A stretch of 64,000 nucleotides of DNA from Squalus acanthias (Eukaryota): contig CM059432.1 of NCBI GenBank assembly GCA_030390025.1, positions 82,524,001-82,588,000 of the forward strand, read 5' to 3'. The position numbers were made by a program, and so were the translations under genes. Under the pieces are notes generated by a model that was not told the DNA's origin, ran no database searches, and saw nothing but the letters and a program-made list of their open reading frames with translations. This document shows positions 24,880 to 37,973 of the stretch, one piece after another. The stretch's first letter is position 1; the number at the start of each line of letters is the position of its first letter.

Positions 24880-25275
24880 CAAGATATAAGATTGTGAGGG
24901 GGCTTGATCGGGTGGATGCGGGGAGGATGTTTCCACTGATGGGTGAGACTAGAACTAGGGGCATAATCTTAGAATAAGGGGCTGCCATTTCAAAACTGAG
25001 ATGAGGAGAAACTTCTTCACTCAGAGGGTAGTAAATCTATGGAATTTGCTACCTCAGAGAGCTGTGGAAGCTGCGACATTAAATAAATTTAAAACGGAGA
25101 TAGACAGTTTCCTAGCTGATAAGGGAATTAAGGGTTATGGGGAGCGGCAGCGGGCAGGGAAGTGGACGTGAGTCTAGGTTCGGATCAGCCATGATCCTAT
25201 TGAATGGCGGAGCAGGCCCGAGGGGCCATATGGCCTACTCCTGCTCCTACTTCTTATGTTCTTATGTTCTTATGT
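24880..25275 (+). mobile_element. CR1 3' fragment
   Basis: RTRGH and NFFTQR coding remnants; (TTCTTATG)3 tail. Confidence 0.9.
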
Positions 25276-25803
25276 AAGATGCAGCACCTGGGAGCAGACG
25301 GCTTGGCATTCAATTACCGGCTTCCAGTCGATCGGTGTGAATGTTTCTCAGGGAGAAGGGGGCTCCCACAATCGTACAACAATATACCAGTGTCAAGGCA
25401 GACAGACAGTGAAGACCTTCCATCAGCAAAAGAAGGAAAAGTGAATGATAAAGGTCAATTTTAACTTTTAGTCGGCTGGCCGGCAGCCCGCCCGTTCTGG
25501 TACCGAAGAGCCTGGAGCCGTTGTTGAGGCCCCAGCCTCATTTAAATAGAACTGCATCCCAATACAGCTGGCCGGATTCAGGCCAGTGCAATATCGGGAG
25601 GCCCAGAGGCTGCCCGGCTGGTATCAAGGCAAGTTCGGGGGGCGAGGGGGGGGGGGCGGGGGGAAGAGCCCAGAATGGCAGCAGCCCAGATTATTTTGTG
25701 GGGCCCGGAGGAGCATTCCTACTCTTTCATGGCTGCACAAAATAAATTAAAACTTACCTTTTTTTAGGGCCTCTTCAGTTCCAGTGGACTCCAGTTACAT
25801 TAT

Positions 25804-25982
25804 GGGGTAATTTTAAACTGACCCACCCGTCGAGAAACTGACAGGATCGGGTGGAACGTCAATATTACCCTCCATTGTCTTCAATGGAAAGTAAAATCGG
25901 GTGGGGTGGGGTGGGGTGTAAAACTAGCGTTGCACCCGATCTCATCAGTTTCCCGATGGGCAGATTAGGTTAAAATTGCCCC
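25804..25982. mobile_element. Palindromic Harbinger-like MITE
   Basis: TIR GGGGTAATTTTAA / TTAAAATTGCCCC with internally complementary arms; TSD ambiguous (TAT/ATA). Confidence 0.65.
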
Positions 25983-27866
25983 ATAGGAGTCCGCTGGAAT
26001 AACCAAGTAATTCCAAGGTCAAAAGGTTCAGAAGCCAAGGCAGCTAGGACAAAGACGCAGTTTGAAAGTCACAGAGTTTTTACTGGCACACAGCAGTGGC
26101 TTCGCATTCCTAGTGCAAAGCACAGGGACTTGTGAGACAAGAAAGTCCTGCCTTCATTTAAATATATTTTGTTAGTTTTGCTCTCCCAATCCTGATGAGA
26201 CAACAAAACCCTGGGAAATATGTTTCCAACGCACTTCTGGCACAAGGCCTGTGCTCCACAATTTCACCCCCTAAATTGCTAGGATGGAATGCTAAATGCC
26301 ACATAGCAGTGCGTGTTCTTTCTGTGATAGCTTTAGCTGAGTTCAAATGTCCTGTGTGTCAAGGGAATAAAACAATTCCCTTGGTATTGACAGAGCTACA
26401 AAATGTGCAATGAAGTACTTCCTAAAACAATCTAAGAATTAAAGCTGCTTTCATCCACCAAAAAAACATTAAAATTATACAACTTCCCCCCTCAAAAAGT
26501 GTATTTGCTCTCAAGGAGATAGTATGATCTAAACAAGTATTGCTGTTTATGTTGGAAACTATGAAACAAAAACAAGTTGGTTTGATTTGGCACAGGCTGC
26601 CATTAGCACTGAATCTCACTTTCCCCTCAGGCCCTATCAAAGGATTTTGTAGGAAGGATTAGAGCTGTATCTAAATCAAATGCTTGTGACCAACAGCTCC
26701 CACAGTAATGCCACTTAACCTTCCTCATTAATTATCAGTATTTTCCAGATGTCTCCTATTCTTCTGGTCACAACACGCTGTCATTGCTTCCTCAGGCCAC
26801 CTGAGTTACCATGACATTTTGTCCTGACAAGATTTTTGGACAATGCTCCGCCGATACAGGCAAAGAAGCTTGCAGGTTCGATCCCCAGTCTGAGTTTTAC
26901 CTGGGACACCGACCGGTACGCCTGCTGCAATTAACCTCAGTGCCTGTGTTTGGGGAAGATGAAAATGAGCCATGGCTCCACCTGGTGAAAGTATGCATGC
27001 ATGGGTGCTGAGCAAGGAACAGGCTCAACTGTGATGGCCATGTGACTGAATAGTCTGTGAACATTCAGCTACTTTTCAAATGCATAGAGCACTCTGTATT
27101 GTTGCCATGCTGATACATTGGTTCTGTGGGCCACTAAATGTGGCAAGCAACAAGCATCAATGCGACGCCCCTACCTGCTGTTTCTTCATGTCCACTCATA
27201 AGGTGGGGTTGGATGAGGTGATTAGGCAACACATATCATTTCTCAGATTCATCATTCTACCACATGTCTCTTTTTTTTCTGCTTTCAGGAAAAAGCTACA
27301 GAGAAGGTAGCAGGGCATGTAAACTGGAGAAGGTTCACTTCATGTAAGACCTTTGACTTTGATGAAGAGGGTGCTGGAGATTCTCGACCTGAAGGCAATG
27401 AAGGGATTGGAGGAACGAAGAGGTCAGAGGTCTATTCTCAAATCCATGGCAGGTATCATCCTTTATATCTCCATATTCACTCATTCATTCACTCCCTCAC
27501 ACATCTGAGTCTGAGTGAGCGGACTACCTGTGGGAGGAATGGAGTCGGAGACCGGGGATAAAGGCAGCACGGAGCAGAGACCTGGGAGTCTGAGCGAGCG
27601 GACTACCTGCAAGGGAGACAGTCGGCAAGCGACACAACAAAGGAATTATGTCAGAATTCAAAGGTGTCGCTGGCACAAGGGAGCTGAGAGGTGAGTATCG
27701 GGTGAGTATTTGTGGTAAGTTTTTTTTGTTCTGTTTTCAGTGTATTTCTGCTAAGTAGTTCATAGCCTATCTAACAGAGGGAGGTGCTGATTGGTGGGTA
27801 GCTGTTGAGTGTTTCTTGTTAAGTTTATTTCTGCTAAATTACCTCCATAGTCTGGTAAATAGAGGC

Positions 27867-28818
27867 ATGGTAGGGCAGCTCAGTCCCGTGATTTGCACAT
27901 CCTGTGCCATGTGGGATATCCTGGATGCTTCTTGCAGCCTGGACAACCACGTGTGCAGGAAGTGTCGCCAACTGCAGCAACTCGAGCTCCGGGTTTTGGA
28001 CCTTGAGCGGCAGCTGGAGTCACTACAGTGCATCCGCGAGGCTGAGAAATACTTGGAAAGCACGTTCTAGAAGTGGTCACCCCGCAGCCTCAGAATGTGC
28101 AGGCAGAGAGGGAATGGGTGACCACCAGACAGAGAAGGAGGACCAGGCAGGTAGGGCAGGAATTCCCAGAGTGCATCTCGCTCGCTAACCGGTTCACAGT
28201 TCTGAAAACTGGTGGGGGGTGATGGCTCCTCTGGGGAGAGCAGCCAGAGCCAAGGCCATGGCACCACAGGTGGCTCAGCTGCACAGCGGGGGGGGGAAGA
28301 AGAGTGGAAGAGCAATAGTGGTAGGGGATTCACTGGTATGGGGAACAGATAGGCGTTTCTGCAGACGCAGACGTGACTCCAGGATGGTATGTTGCCTCCC
28401 TGGTGCCAGGGTCAAGGATGTCACTGAGCGGCTGCAGGACACTCTGAGGAGGGAGGGTGAACAGCCAGAGGTCATTGTCCATATCGGTACCAACGACATA
28501 GGCAGAAAGAGGGATGAGGTCCTGCAGGCAGACTATAGGGAGCTAGGAAAGAGATTAAAAAGCAGGACCTCAAAGGTAGTAATCTCTGGATTACTCCCGG
28601 TGCCACGTGCTAGTGAGTACAGGAATAGGAGGATAGAACAGATGAATGCGTGGCTGGAGAGATGGTGCAGGAGGGAGGGCTTTAGATTCCTGAGGCATTG
28701 GGACCATTTCTGGGGATGGTGGGACATGTACAAGCAGGACGGGTTATACCTCAACAGAGCTGGGGCTAATATTCTCGCGGGGAGGTTTACTAGTGCTGTT
28801 GGGGAGGGTTTAAACTAG
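27867..28818 (+). pseudogene. CR1 ORF1: zinc-finger/leucine-zipper plus SGNH esterase-like domain, frameshifted
   Basis: CTSC...CRKC followed by LELRVLDLERQL; VVGDS, HIGTND and DGLYLN esterase-like blocks. Confidence 0.85.
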
Positions 28819-28845
28819 CTTGGCAGGGGGCACTAGCATGTAGGA

Positions 28846-30594
28846 GTGGAGGGGAGGAATGGGGTGTATGGAAACATAAAAGGGAACCCAAAAATCTTCT
28901 ACCGGCATGTAAACAGAAAGCGGGTAATAAGAGGCGGGGTGGGGCCTATTAGGGACAAAGAAGGTGATATATACTTAGAGGCACAGGGCAAGGCTAGAAT
29001 ACTCGATGAGTACTTTGTATCGGTGTTTACTAAGGAGGTGGATGCTGACAAAATATCGGTAGAAGTGGAAAAGGTAGAAGCAATGGAAGGCATGACAATT
29101 GATAGACAGGATGTACTAGAAAGACTGGGTATGCTTAGAGTGGATAAGTCGCCTGGTCCTGATGGCTTGCATCCCAGGTTGCTAAGGGAACTGGGGGAGG
29201 AGATAGCAGAAGGGCTTGCCATAATTTTCCAATCTTCCCTAGATGCGGGGGAGGTGCCTGAGGATTGGAAAGTGGCAAATGTGACGCCATTGTTCAAGAA
29301 AGGGTGTAAGGACAATCCTAGTAACTACAGGCCGGTCAGTTTAACATCAGTGGTAGGTAAAGTTTTAGAAACAATAATCAAGGAAGAAATAAATGTGCAC
29401 TTGGAGAGGTTTAAGCTAATTAAGGAGAGACAACACGGATTTGTAAAAGGCAGATCGTGTTTGACTAATCTAATTGAATTTTTTGATGAAGTAACAGGGA
29501 GGATTGATGAAGGGAATGCAATGGATGTTGTCTACATGGATTTTAGGAAGGCGTTTGACAAAGTACCACATAGAAGGCTGGTTAACAAAATTGAGGCTCA
29601 TGGAATAGGTGGATCAGTGGCAGCTTGGATAAGGAATTGGCTTAAGGACAGAAAACAGCGAGTTGTGGTAAATGGCTGTTTTTCAGACTGGAGGATGGTA
29701 GACAGTGGTGTTCCCCAAGGGTCAGTGCTGGGGCCACTGCTTTTGTTGATATATATAAATGACCTGGATATTGGAATACAGAGTAGAATTTCAAAATTTG
29801 CTGATGACACCAAACTTGGGGGTGTGGCAAACAGTGATGATGATACCAATTGACTGCAACAGGACATAGCAATGCTAGCAGAATGGGTAGACAAGTGGCA
29901 GATGGAATTTAATACAGAGAAGTGTGAGGTGATGCATTTTGGCAGAAGGAACAGGGAGAGGCAATATACACTTAATGGCACAGTTTTAAAGAGTGTGCAG
30001 GGACAGAAGGACCTGGGAGTTAATATGCTTAGGTCCCTGAAGGTGGTGGGACATATTAAGAGAGTGGTTAGCAAAGCATATGGGATCTTTGGCTTCATAA
30101 ATAGAGGTATTCAGTACAAAAGTAGAGAAGTTATGCTGAACCTTTATAAAGCGCTGGTTAGGCCACAACTGGAGTATTGCGTCCAGTTCTGGTCACCACA
30201 ATTTAGGAAGGATGTGAAGGAACTTGAGAGGGTGCAGAGGAGATTTACCAGAATGGTCCCAGGAATGGGGGATCTTAGCTACAAGGACAGGTTGAAGAAG
30301 CTGGATTTGTTTTCATTAGAGCAAAGGAGGTTGAGGGGTGATTTGATAGAGGTGTACAAGATTCTGACAGGTTTGGATAAGCTAGACGGGGAAAGGCTGT
30401 TCCCACTAGTTGGTGGTACAAGGACTAGGGGACACAGATTTAAGGTTTTGGGAAAGAGATACAGGGGGGATGTGAGGAAAAACTTTTTTACGCAGCGAGT
30501 GGTGAGGACCTGGAACTCGCTGACGACGGAAGTGGTGGAAGCGGAGACACTCAATGTTTTCAAGGGGAGATGGGATAGGCACTTGAGGAAATAA
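28846..30594 (+). pseudogene. CR1 ORF2 reverse transcriptase, one internal stop at 29851-29853
   Basis: [32 protein letters not shown] and KFADD motifs. Confidence 0.9.
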
Positions 30595-31295
30595 ACTTGC
30601 AGGGCTATGGGGATAGAGCGGGGGAATGGGACTGACTGGATTGCTCTACAGAGAGCTGAGACGGACTCAATGGGCCAAATGGCCGCCTTCTGTGCCGTTA
30701 TGACTCTATGACATAGGCATGTACTGCAATACTGCAGCATAACACACTTTTGCCAGGGAAGTGTTGTTTCAAGGGTGTCTTACTGACAGCATTCTAAAAT
30801 ATGCTCCTTTGCTGCCCTAGAGAAGCCCAATGTTATATTAATCTTAATGGACAAAAAATCATTAGGACAAGATCCACAATTTACCGATGCGTGTTCTTCA
30901 CGGACAAGGCTCTGCGTCAGGAGTACAATATCAGAAAATTGGCCCTATAACGATGGCTCAATCCTCTGTATACTGCACCAGATTCATAACTCCCTTGCAG
31001 AGAGGACAGATAGGAGGCGGTTTTCAAGTAGCACCTAAATGGGCACAAAGTGGCCAGGGTGTCTGCTATGCCTGCTCAAACACGCCGACGTGAGGTAGGT
31101 TCCACTTGAGCTGTGTGCATTTCCATAGTGAGAGGGAGCTGGTTGCGTTACTCATGCTTGTAATTGGCAGCTCACTCATTGGTGGGTGTGGGATATCCGG
31201 TAGGGCTCCCGCGATTTAAAGTAAACCTACACCTCTTATAGGGGAGGTGCATTTAGTGAATGGTGAATGACAGAGGTAGTGCCGCTGAAAGCAAA

Positions 31296-31410
31296 ATGTC
31301 TGCTGCTAAAGCCCCTCGTTTCTCGGACAGTGCCGTGGAAATCTTGGTGGAGGAGGTGACCAGGAGGAAGGAGGTGTTGTTCACTACAGATGGGTGCAGA
31401 GTCCCCTGCC
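31296..31410 (+). pseudogene. 5' part of a Harbinger Myb/SANT-like gene
   Basis: MSAAKAPRFSDSAVEILVEEVTRRKEVLF is homologous to 18677; truncated; convergent with the transposase at 36378-37450. Confidence 0.7.
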
Positions 31411-31471
31411 AGACTGTTGAGGCGCAGCCCCATGCAAGGGGCAGTGGACCCATGGGGGAGGCTCTTCCTGT

Positions 31472-32248
31472 CCTTTTTTTATTTAATTTTTTATTCATTT
31501 ATGAGATGTGGGTGTCGCTGGCAAGGCCAGCATTTATTGCCCATCCCTAATTGCCCTTGAGAAGGTGGTGGTGAGCCGCCTCTTGAAACGCTGCGGTCCG
31601 TGTGGTGAAGGTACTCCCACAGTGCTGTTAGGTGGGGAGTTCCAGGATTTTGACCCAGCGACGTTGAAGCATCGGCGATATACTTCTAAGTCAGGATGGT
31701 GTGTGACTTGGAGGGGAACTTGGAGGTGGTGGTGTTCCCATGCCTCTGCTGCCCTTGTCCTTCTAGGTGGAAGAGGTCACGGGTTTGGGAGGTGCTGCCG
31801 AAGAAGCCTTGGTGAGTTGCTGCAGTGCATCTTGTAGATGGTACACACTGCAGCCACGGTACACCGGTGGTGGAGGGAGTGAATGTTTAAGGTGGTGGAT
31901 GGGGTGCCAATCAAGCGGGCTGCTTTGTCCTGGATGGTGTCGAGCTTCTTGAGTGTTGTTGGAGCTGCACTCATCCAGGCAAGTGGAGAGTATTCCATCA
32001 CATGCCTTACTTGTGCCTTGTAGATGGTGGAAAGGCTTTGGGGAGTCAGGAGGTGAGATACTCTCCGCAGAATACCTAGCCTCTGACCTGCTCTTGTTGC
32101 CACAGTATTTATGTGCCTGGTCCAGTTAAGTTTCTGGTCAATGGTGACCTCCAGGATGTTGATGGGGGATTCGGTGATGGTAATACCGTTGAATGTCAAG
32201 GGGAGGTGGTTAGACTCTCGCTTGTTGGAGATAGTCATTGCCTGGCAC
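31472..32248 (-). mobile_element. 3' fragment of the tRNA-headed LINE family
   Basis: Closely similar to 37974-38550, including the polyA-terminated tail. Confidence 0.85.
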
Positions 32249-32309
32249 GTTTTTGATTTGATTTGATTGAAAGTCCCATGCTAGTGTTTGGGTTAAGTGC
32301 AGTCCTAAG

Positions 32310-35300
32310 AATAACCTTGTAGTAAAGGAGCCTCTGGGGAATAGTGATCATAATATGATAGAATTTTATGTTGAGTTTGAGAGTGATTTAGTTAAGTCCG
32401 AAACTAGGGTCCTAAACCTGAACAAAGCAAACTACGTAGGTATTACAGGTGAGTTGGCTAAGGTAGGTTGGGAAACTAGATTAAAAGCAATGGCAAACAT
32501 TTAAAGAAATAATTCATAATTCGCAACGAATATACATTCCCTTAAGGAATAAAAACACCATGGGAAAAATGGTCCAACCCTGGCGACCAAGAGAAATTAA
32601 AGATAGTGTTAGATTAAAGGAAGAGGCTTATAATGTTGCCAAAAATAGTAAGCCTGAGGATTGGGAGGATTTTAGAATTCAGCAAAGGAGGACCAAGAAA
32701 TTCATAAAGAAAGGGAAAATAGAACGAGAGTAAACTAGCGAGAGTCATAAAAACAGACTGTAAAAGTTTCTATAGGTATGTAAGAAGGAAAAGATTAGCA
32801 AAAGTAAGCGTAGGTCCCTTATAGGCTGAGACAGGAGAAATTATAATGGGGAATAAGGAAATGGCAGGGAAATTAAACAAATACTTTGGGGGCAATTTTA
32901 CCAGCACTCAGAGTGCAGGTTTGGAGGCGGGTCCGCCATCAAAATCACAAAGGGTCTGTCATCCCTGAACAGACCCGACACCAATTTAGATACTTAAAAG
33001 CTTGTTAAAAGGTAGTTAAGCAGAATTTTCCCATGTACTTACCATTTTACCAGGTTTTTAACGAGGTTCCCAGAGAGCGGGGATCACGTCAGGTAAGTAT
33101 GTCGGGTTCTCAATGACTCTCCATTGCTGTGAATAGGTGACAGCTGCAAAAGTGGTATAAAACCTACCATTTCACAACTGTTCACTTCCCAATCTTTGAA
33201 GCTGGAGCCTTCAGGATTTGGAACCCACTTTTGAGGTTTATGCAGTTTAGAAGTGTTTGGAGTAAACTCTCTATCCAGTGTCACCTCCTTGGAGCAACCT
33301 CTCTCACCATTGACAGATCGCTTCTGTCATCTCAACTTCAGCTGCCATCTATTCCAGCAACATCGGTGCCCTTGAAAAAAATCTCACCTTGGTCCTCCGA
33401 ATCCCACCATGATCAGCCCCAACACGAACATCACCAGGCACACCAGCACCACCAACAACAATACCAACCTTCTCCGCAATCACCTGATGCTGCACACGAC
33501 ACAAGGCATCAGCACCCAACCACACTGCTGCCCAGGATGCCAGCGATGGCCTCACCATGGCCAGATTTACTTCACTTGACACTGTACACCCTGGCTGCCA
33601 CATGATGCGCCAGGTTGGCACCCGCCCACACCAGCACCATAAAGCATCCCTACAAAGTCCAAGCCATTCCTTTCATACTCGTCACCGTTGAGGGGGCGGA
33701 GGGTACCCTTATGTCTCACAATTCACTGCAATTCACTAAGCCACTTCCAACGGTGCACACAAATCTGTCCAAGAACGCAAAGTGTTGAAAATAAAGATTT
33801 CAATGTTTGACAGCACATTACCAGAAACTTCAAATGAACATTGGCTAAACCACCCAAGTACCTACTCTTGTGTGTTCTTAGTTGGTATGCTTGCAGTAGG
33901 ATGAGAGTGAGTGTGAGGGGTGGCTAGTGAGATGAGGAAGTGATAATGTAGATAGAGAGGGATGGGTGGAGGTGCAAGGTAAGTTGGTGTGAGTAAAGAT
34001 TTGCAGGTATAGGGTAGGGAAGGCAGACTGATGGGGATGTGATGAATGGCACAGCAGGATGAGGCTGAATGTAGCTTTGCAGTAACCTTTTGTGATCTAC
34101 TGAGATCATTGAAAGGTTTGCGCCACTGCAGCCAGGTCCTCCTGACAACATTCCTGCTTGTGCCCTCCTGTGCAATATGCAACCAGGCTGCGTTGGTCTC
34201 CTGGGGAGGTCTCTTCCGCCCATTGGAAGGGAAGAGAACCTCCCTGCGTATTGTGACTCCCTCCATAAGCATATGGAGCAAGTCATGGGAGAGTCTGGGT
34301 GCAGCCCTGCACCTTTGTGCAGTACTTGTCAGTGTTTGCAGCACCTCAATGCTGTAGAACACTCACAGCACAACTGTCAATATGATTCTGGACATGGCCC
34401 CTTTAAGGAAACCGACTGATCATGCGTCATCAAATGACTTAATCAGACCCGCTTCCTTTTAATTAGCCGGGAACCTTGCAGGGCGGGCTTAACAAGCCCT
34501 ATCGATGGAAAACTCTTCTCACAGAGTGGGATGGAGCCGGGAGCGGGGTCGCCGTCTGGCACCTATCTCGGCCGCACTTAGCCTGCCTCAGTAGGCGAAA
34601 TCACGGCCTTTTTGTCTGTCTTCACGGAAGAAGAAGCAAAAAACCTCCCGGAAATAGTGCAGAACAAGGGTCCAGCGAAAATGAGGAACTGAAAGAAACT
34701 AATATTAGTGAAAAAATTTATGGGACTGAAAGCCGATAAATCCCCTGGACCTGATGGCCTTCATCCTAGTGTTTTAAAAGAGATGGCTATAGAGATAGTG
34801 GATGCATTGGCTGTCATTTTCCAAAATTCCATAAATTCTAGAACGGTTCCTGCGGATTGGAAGGTAGCAAATGTAACCCCACTATTTAAGAAAGGAGGGA
34901 GAGAGAAAACAGGGAGCTACAGACCAATTAGCCTGACATCAGTAGTAGGGAAAATGCTAGAATCTATTAAGGACGTGGTAACAGGGCACTTGAAAATAAT
35001 AATAGGATTGGGCAGAGTCAACACGGATTTATGAAAGGGAAATCGTGTTTGACAAATCTGTTGGAGTTTTTTGAGGTTGTAACTTGCAGGATAGATAAGG
35101 GGGAACCAGTGGATGTGGTGTATTTGGATTTTCAGAAGGCATTCGCTAAGGTGCCACACAAGAGTTTATTAAGCAAAATTAGGGCTCATGGGATTGGGGT
35201 AATATACTAGCATGGATTGAGTATTGGTTAACGGACAGAAAACTGAGAGTAGGAATAAATGGGTCATTTTTGGGTTGGCAGGCTGTGACGACTGAGGTAC

Positions 35301-36315
35301 CGCAAGGATCAGTGTTTGGGCCTCAGTTATTCACAATCTATATCAATGATTTGGATGAGGGGACCAAATGTAATATATCCAAGTTTGCTGATAATACAAA
35401 GCTGGGTGGGAATGTAAGTTGTGAGGAGGATGCAAAGAGGTTTCAAAGGGATATAGACAAGCTAAGTGAGTGAGCAAGAACATGGCAAATGGAATATAAT
35501 GTGGAGAAATGTGAAGTTATCCACTTTGGTAGGAAAAATAGAAAAGCAGAGTATTTTTTAAACGGTGAGAGATTGGGAAATGTTGGTGTTCAGAAGGACC
35601 TGAGTGTCCTTGTACACGAATCACAGAAAGTTAACATGCAGGTACAGCAAGCAATTAGGAAAGCAAATGGAATGTTGGCCATTATTACATGAGGATTTGA
35701 GTATAAGAGTAAAGATGTCTTACTGCAAATATATAGGGCCCTGGTGAGACCACACCTGGAGTATTGTGTACAGTTTTAGTCTCCTTACCTAAGGAAGGCT
35801 ATACTTGCCATAGAGGGAGTGCAACGAAGGTTCACCAGACTGATTTCTGGGATGGGGGGATTGTCCTATGAGGAGAGATTGAGTAGACTAGGCCTATATT
35901 CTCTAGAGTTTAGAAAAATGAGAGGTGATCTCATTGAAACATACAAACTTCTTACAGAACTTGACCGGGTAAATGCAGGGAGGATGTTTCCCCTGGCTGG
36001 GGAGTCTAGAACCAGGGGTCACAGTCTCAGAATAAGGGGTCGGCCATTTAGGACTGAGTTGAGGAGAAATTTCTTCACTCAGAGGGTTGTGAATCTTTGG
36101 CATTCTCTACCCTAGAGGGCTGTGGATGCTCAGTCGTTGAGTACATTCAAGACAGAGATCGATAGATTTTTGGATATTAAGGGAATCAAGGGATATGGGG
36201 ATAGTGCAGGAAACTGGAGTTGAGGTAGAAGATCAGCCATGATCTTATTGAATGGCGGAGCAGGCTCGAGGGGCCGAATAGCCTACTCCTGCTCCTATTT
36301 CTTATGTTCTTATGT
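32310..36315 (+). mobile_element. CR1 LINE (same subfamily as 16681-22828), split by the Harbinger at 32888-34608
   Basis: SDHN EN remnant, RT motifs and TTCTTATGTTCTTATG tail; high similarity to the minus-strand copy. Confidence 0.95.
32888..34608 (-). mobile_element. 1.7-kb non-autonomous Harbinger element carrying Myb-like exon 1
   Basis: TTT TSD at 32885-32887 and 34609-34611; imperfect TIR GGGGGCAATTTT / GAAATCACGGCC; APRLSHDLLHML...WLQWRKPFNDL on -; core shared with 54230-55909. Confidence 0.85.
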
Positions 36316-36377
36316 GGAACTGCCATTGGGAATGAGTGTTGCCGCAAGGAATAGGAATTATTTAGCTGAAGTGCTCC

Positions 36378-37450
36378 TCAATGACGTGCTGTAGAAGCGT
36401 TCTTGCGGCTGGCAGGACCCTGTTCTTCCACGTCATCCTCTGTATCTTCCTGTTCTTCATGCTCCTCTACCTCCCTGTCTTCCTCTGTAGGTAACTCCAT
36501 GGGTTGGCCACTTTGCATGGCAAAGTTGTGCAGCATGCAGCACAAAACGGTGATCCCAGAGATTCTCTTGGGGCTGTACTGCAGGCCACCTTCTGACCTA
36601 TCCTGGCAGCAGATGCATTGCTTGAGAATGCCAATGGTTTGCTCTATCAGGGCTCGGGTGAATACATGGCTATGATTGTATCTCATCTCAGCATCTGTGC
36701 ATGGGTTCCTGACAGGTGTTATGAGCCCTGTCTGCAGGAGATAGCCCTTGTCTCCAAGTAGTCAGATTTTATCCAGATGGTGTGGATAAAAGAAATGCAG
36801 AATTGACAACTGGTGCAGAATGAAGGTATCATGACATCTGCCAGGATACTTGGCACAGACCTGTATGATGCATGCATGTCATCTCACACCAACTACAATT
36901 TCAGCAAGTGTTCGCATCTTTCCAGGGTCTTTTGTTGGGAGCATGTACGGCTATGTGTGTACAGGCAATGATGCCCTGCACCTTGGGGAAGTCTGCAATC
37001 CTGGCAAATCCCATGCTTCTGTCATCCTGCCTCGTAGCCTTCATAGGGAAGGGGATGAATTTGTTGGCTCTGGTGAACAGCGTATCAGTCACCTGCTTGA
37101 TACAGGCATGCACAGAAGATTGTCTAATGTTGCTAATGTTACCTGCTGCAGCCTGGAATGACACCAATGTATAAAAATTAAGGGCCAGTTACTTTAAGAG
37201 CCACAGGCAAGGACGACTGTGACCTGGTGCTGGGCTACAGTTGGTGCTGCAGCAGGCGACATAGTTCTGTGATAGCCTCCCTGTTAGAACAAAGCCTCCT
37301 CACACATTGCTCCTCACTGAACAGCAGGTATGAAGTTCTTGAACTCTCTAATGGGGTAAGGCCTATTGCGAGCTCCTTCCTTCTGCCAATTCTCTCTGCA
37401 GCTGCAAGTCTCTTGGCTCTTGCCTGCTGCTCCTCCTCCTCTTTCAGCTA
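36378..37450 (-). pseudogene. HARBI1-like Harbinger DDE transposase, disabled
   Basis: GIIACTHIAV (first catalytic D position altered), CHDTFIL, LLGDKGY, YNHSHVFTRALIEQTIGILKQ and CCMLHNF, plus an acidic tail; stops and frameshifts. Confidence 0.9.
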
Positions 37451-37973
37451 CAATGGCACAACAATCACTACATGCTGTGCAAACCCCTAGCCCATATTTT
37501 TAATAGCTCACTGCACTCTGGAACGGTTCCCGTAGACTGGAAGGAGGCTGATGTAGTCCCCACCTTGAAAAAAGGTGACAAGACGGACCTGGGTAACTAT
37601 AGGCCCATTAGTCTGACATCAGTAACAGGGAAGATGCTTGAGGAAATCATTAGTGATGCAATATATGATTGCTTGGATAGAGAGGGTCATATTAGGGACA
37701 CCCAACATGGTTTCATAAAACAGTCATGTCTTACAGATCTGATTGTAATTTTTAAAATGTCACCAAGATGGTGGATGAGGGAAGTCCAGTCGGGATTGTC
37801 TACTTAGACTTCCAAAAAAAACCTTTGATAAGGTACTGCACAAGAGACTTCTCTACAAGATTGAAGCCTCTGGTATTATTGGTAATATATTGAGCTGGAT
37901 TGAGAACTGGCTGGAAGGACTTAGGCAAAAAGTAGTTATAGATGGATTTGGATCAGTTTGGAGACCAGTGGTG

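Larger units (their letters stand above)
27500..30712 (+). mobile_element. Near-full-length CR1 LINE (5' UTR, ORF1, RT) with the endonuclease region deleted
   Basis: 5' UTR with a duplicated GAGTCTGAG(T/C)GAGCGGACTACCTG; ORF1; a junction near 28870 jumps to NIKGNPK; RT motifs; ACTCTATG tail. Confidence 0.95.

Noticed and set aside
36378..37450. Possible host HARBI1 gene
   Set aside because: Has stops, frameshifts and an altered catalytic Asp, and sits convergent to a Myb remnant, so it is a dead transposon copy.
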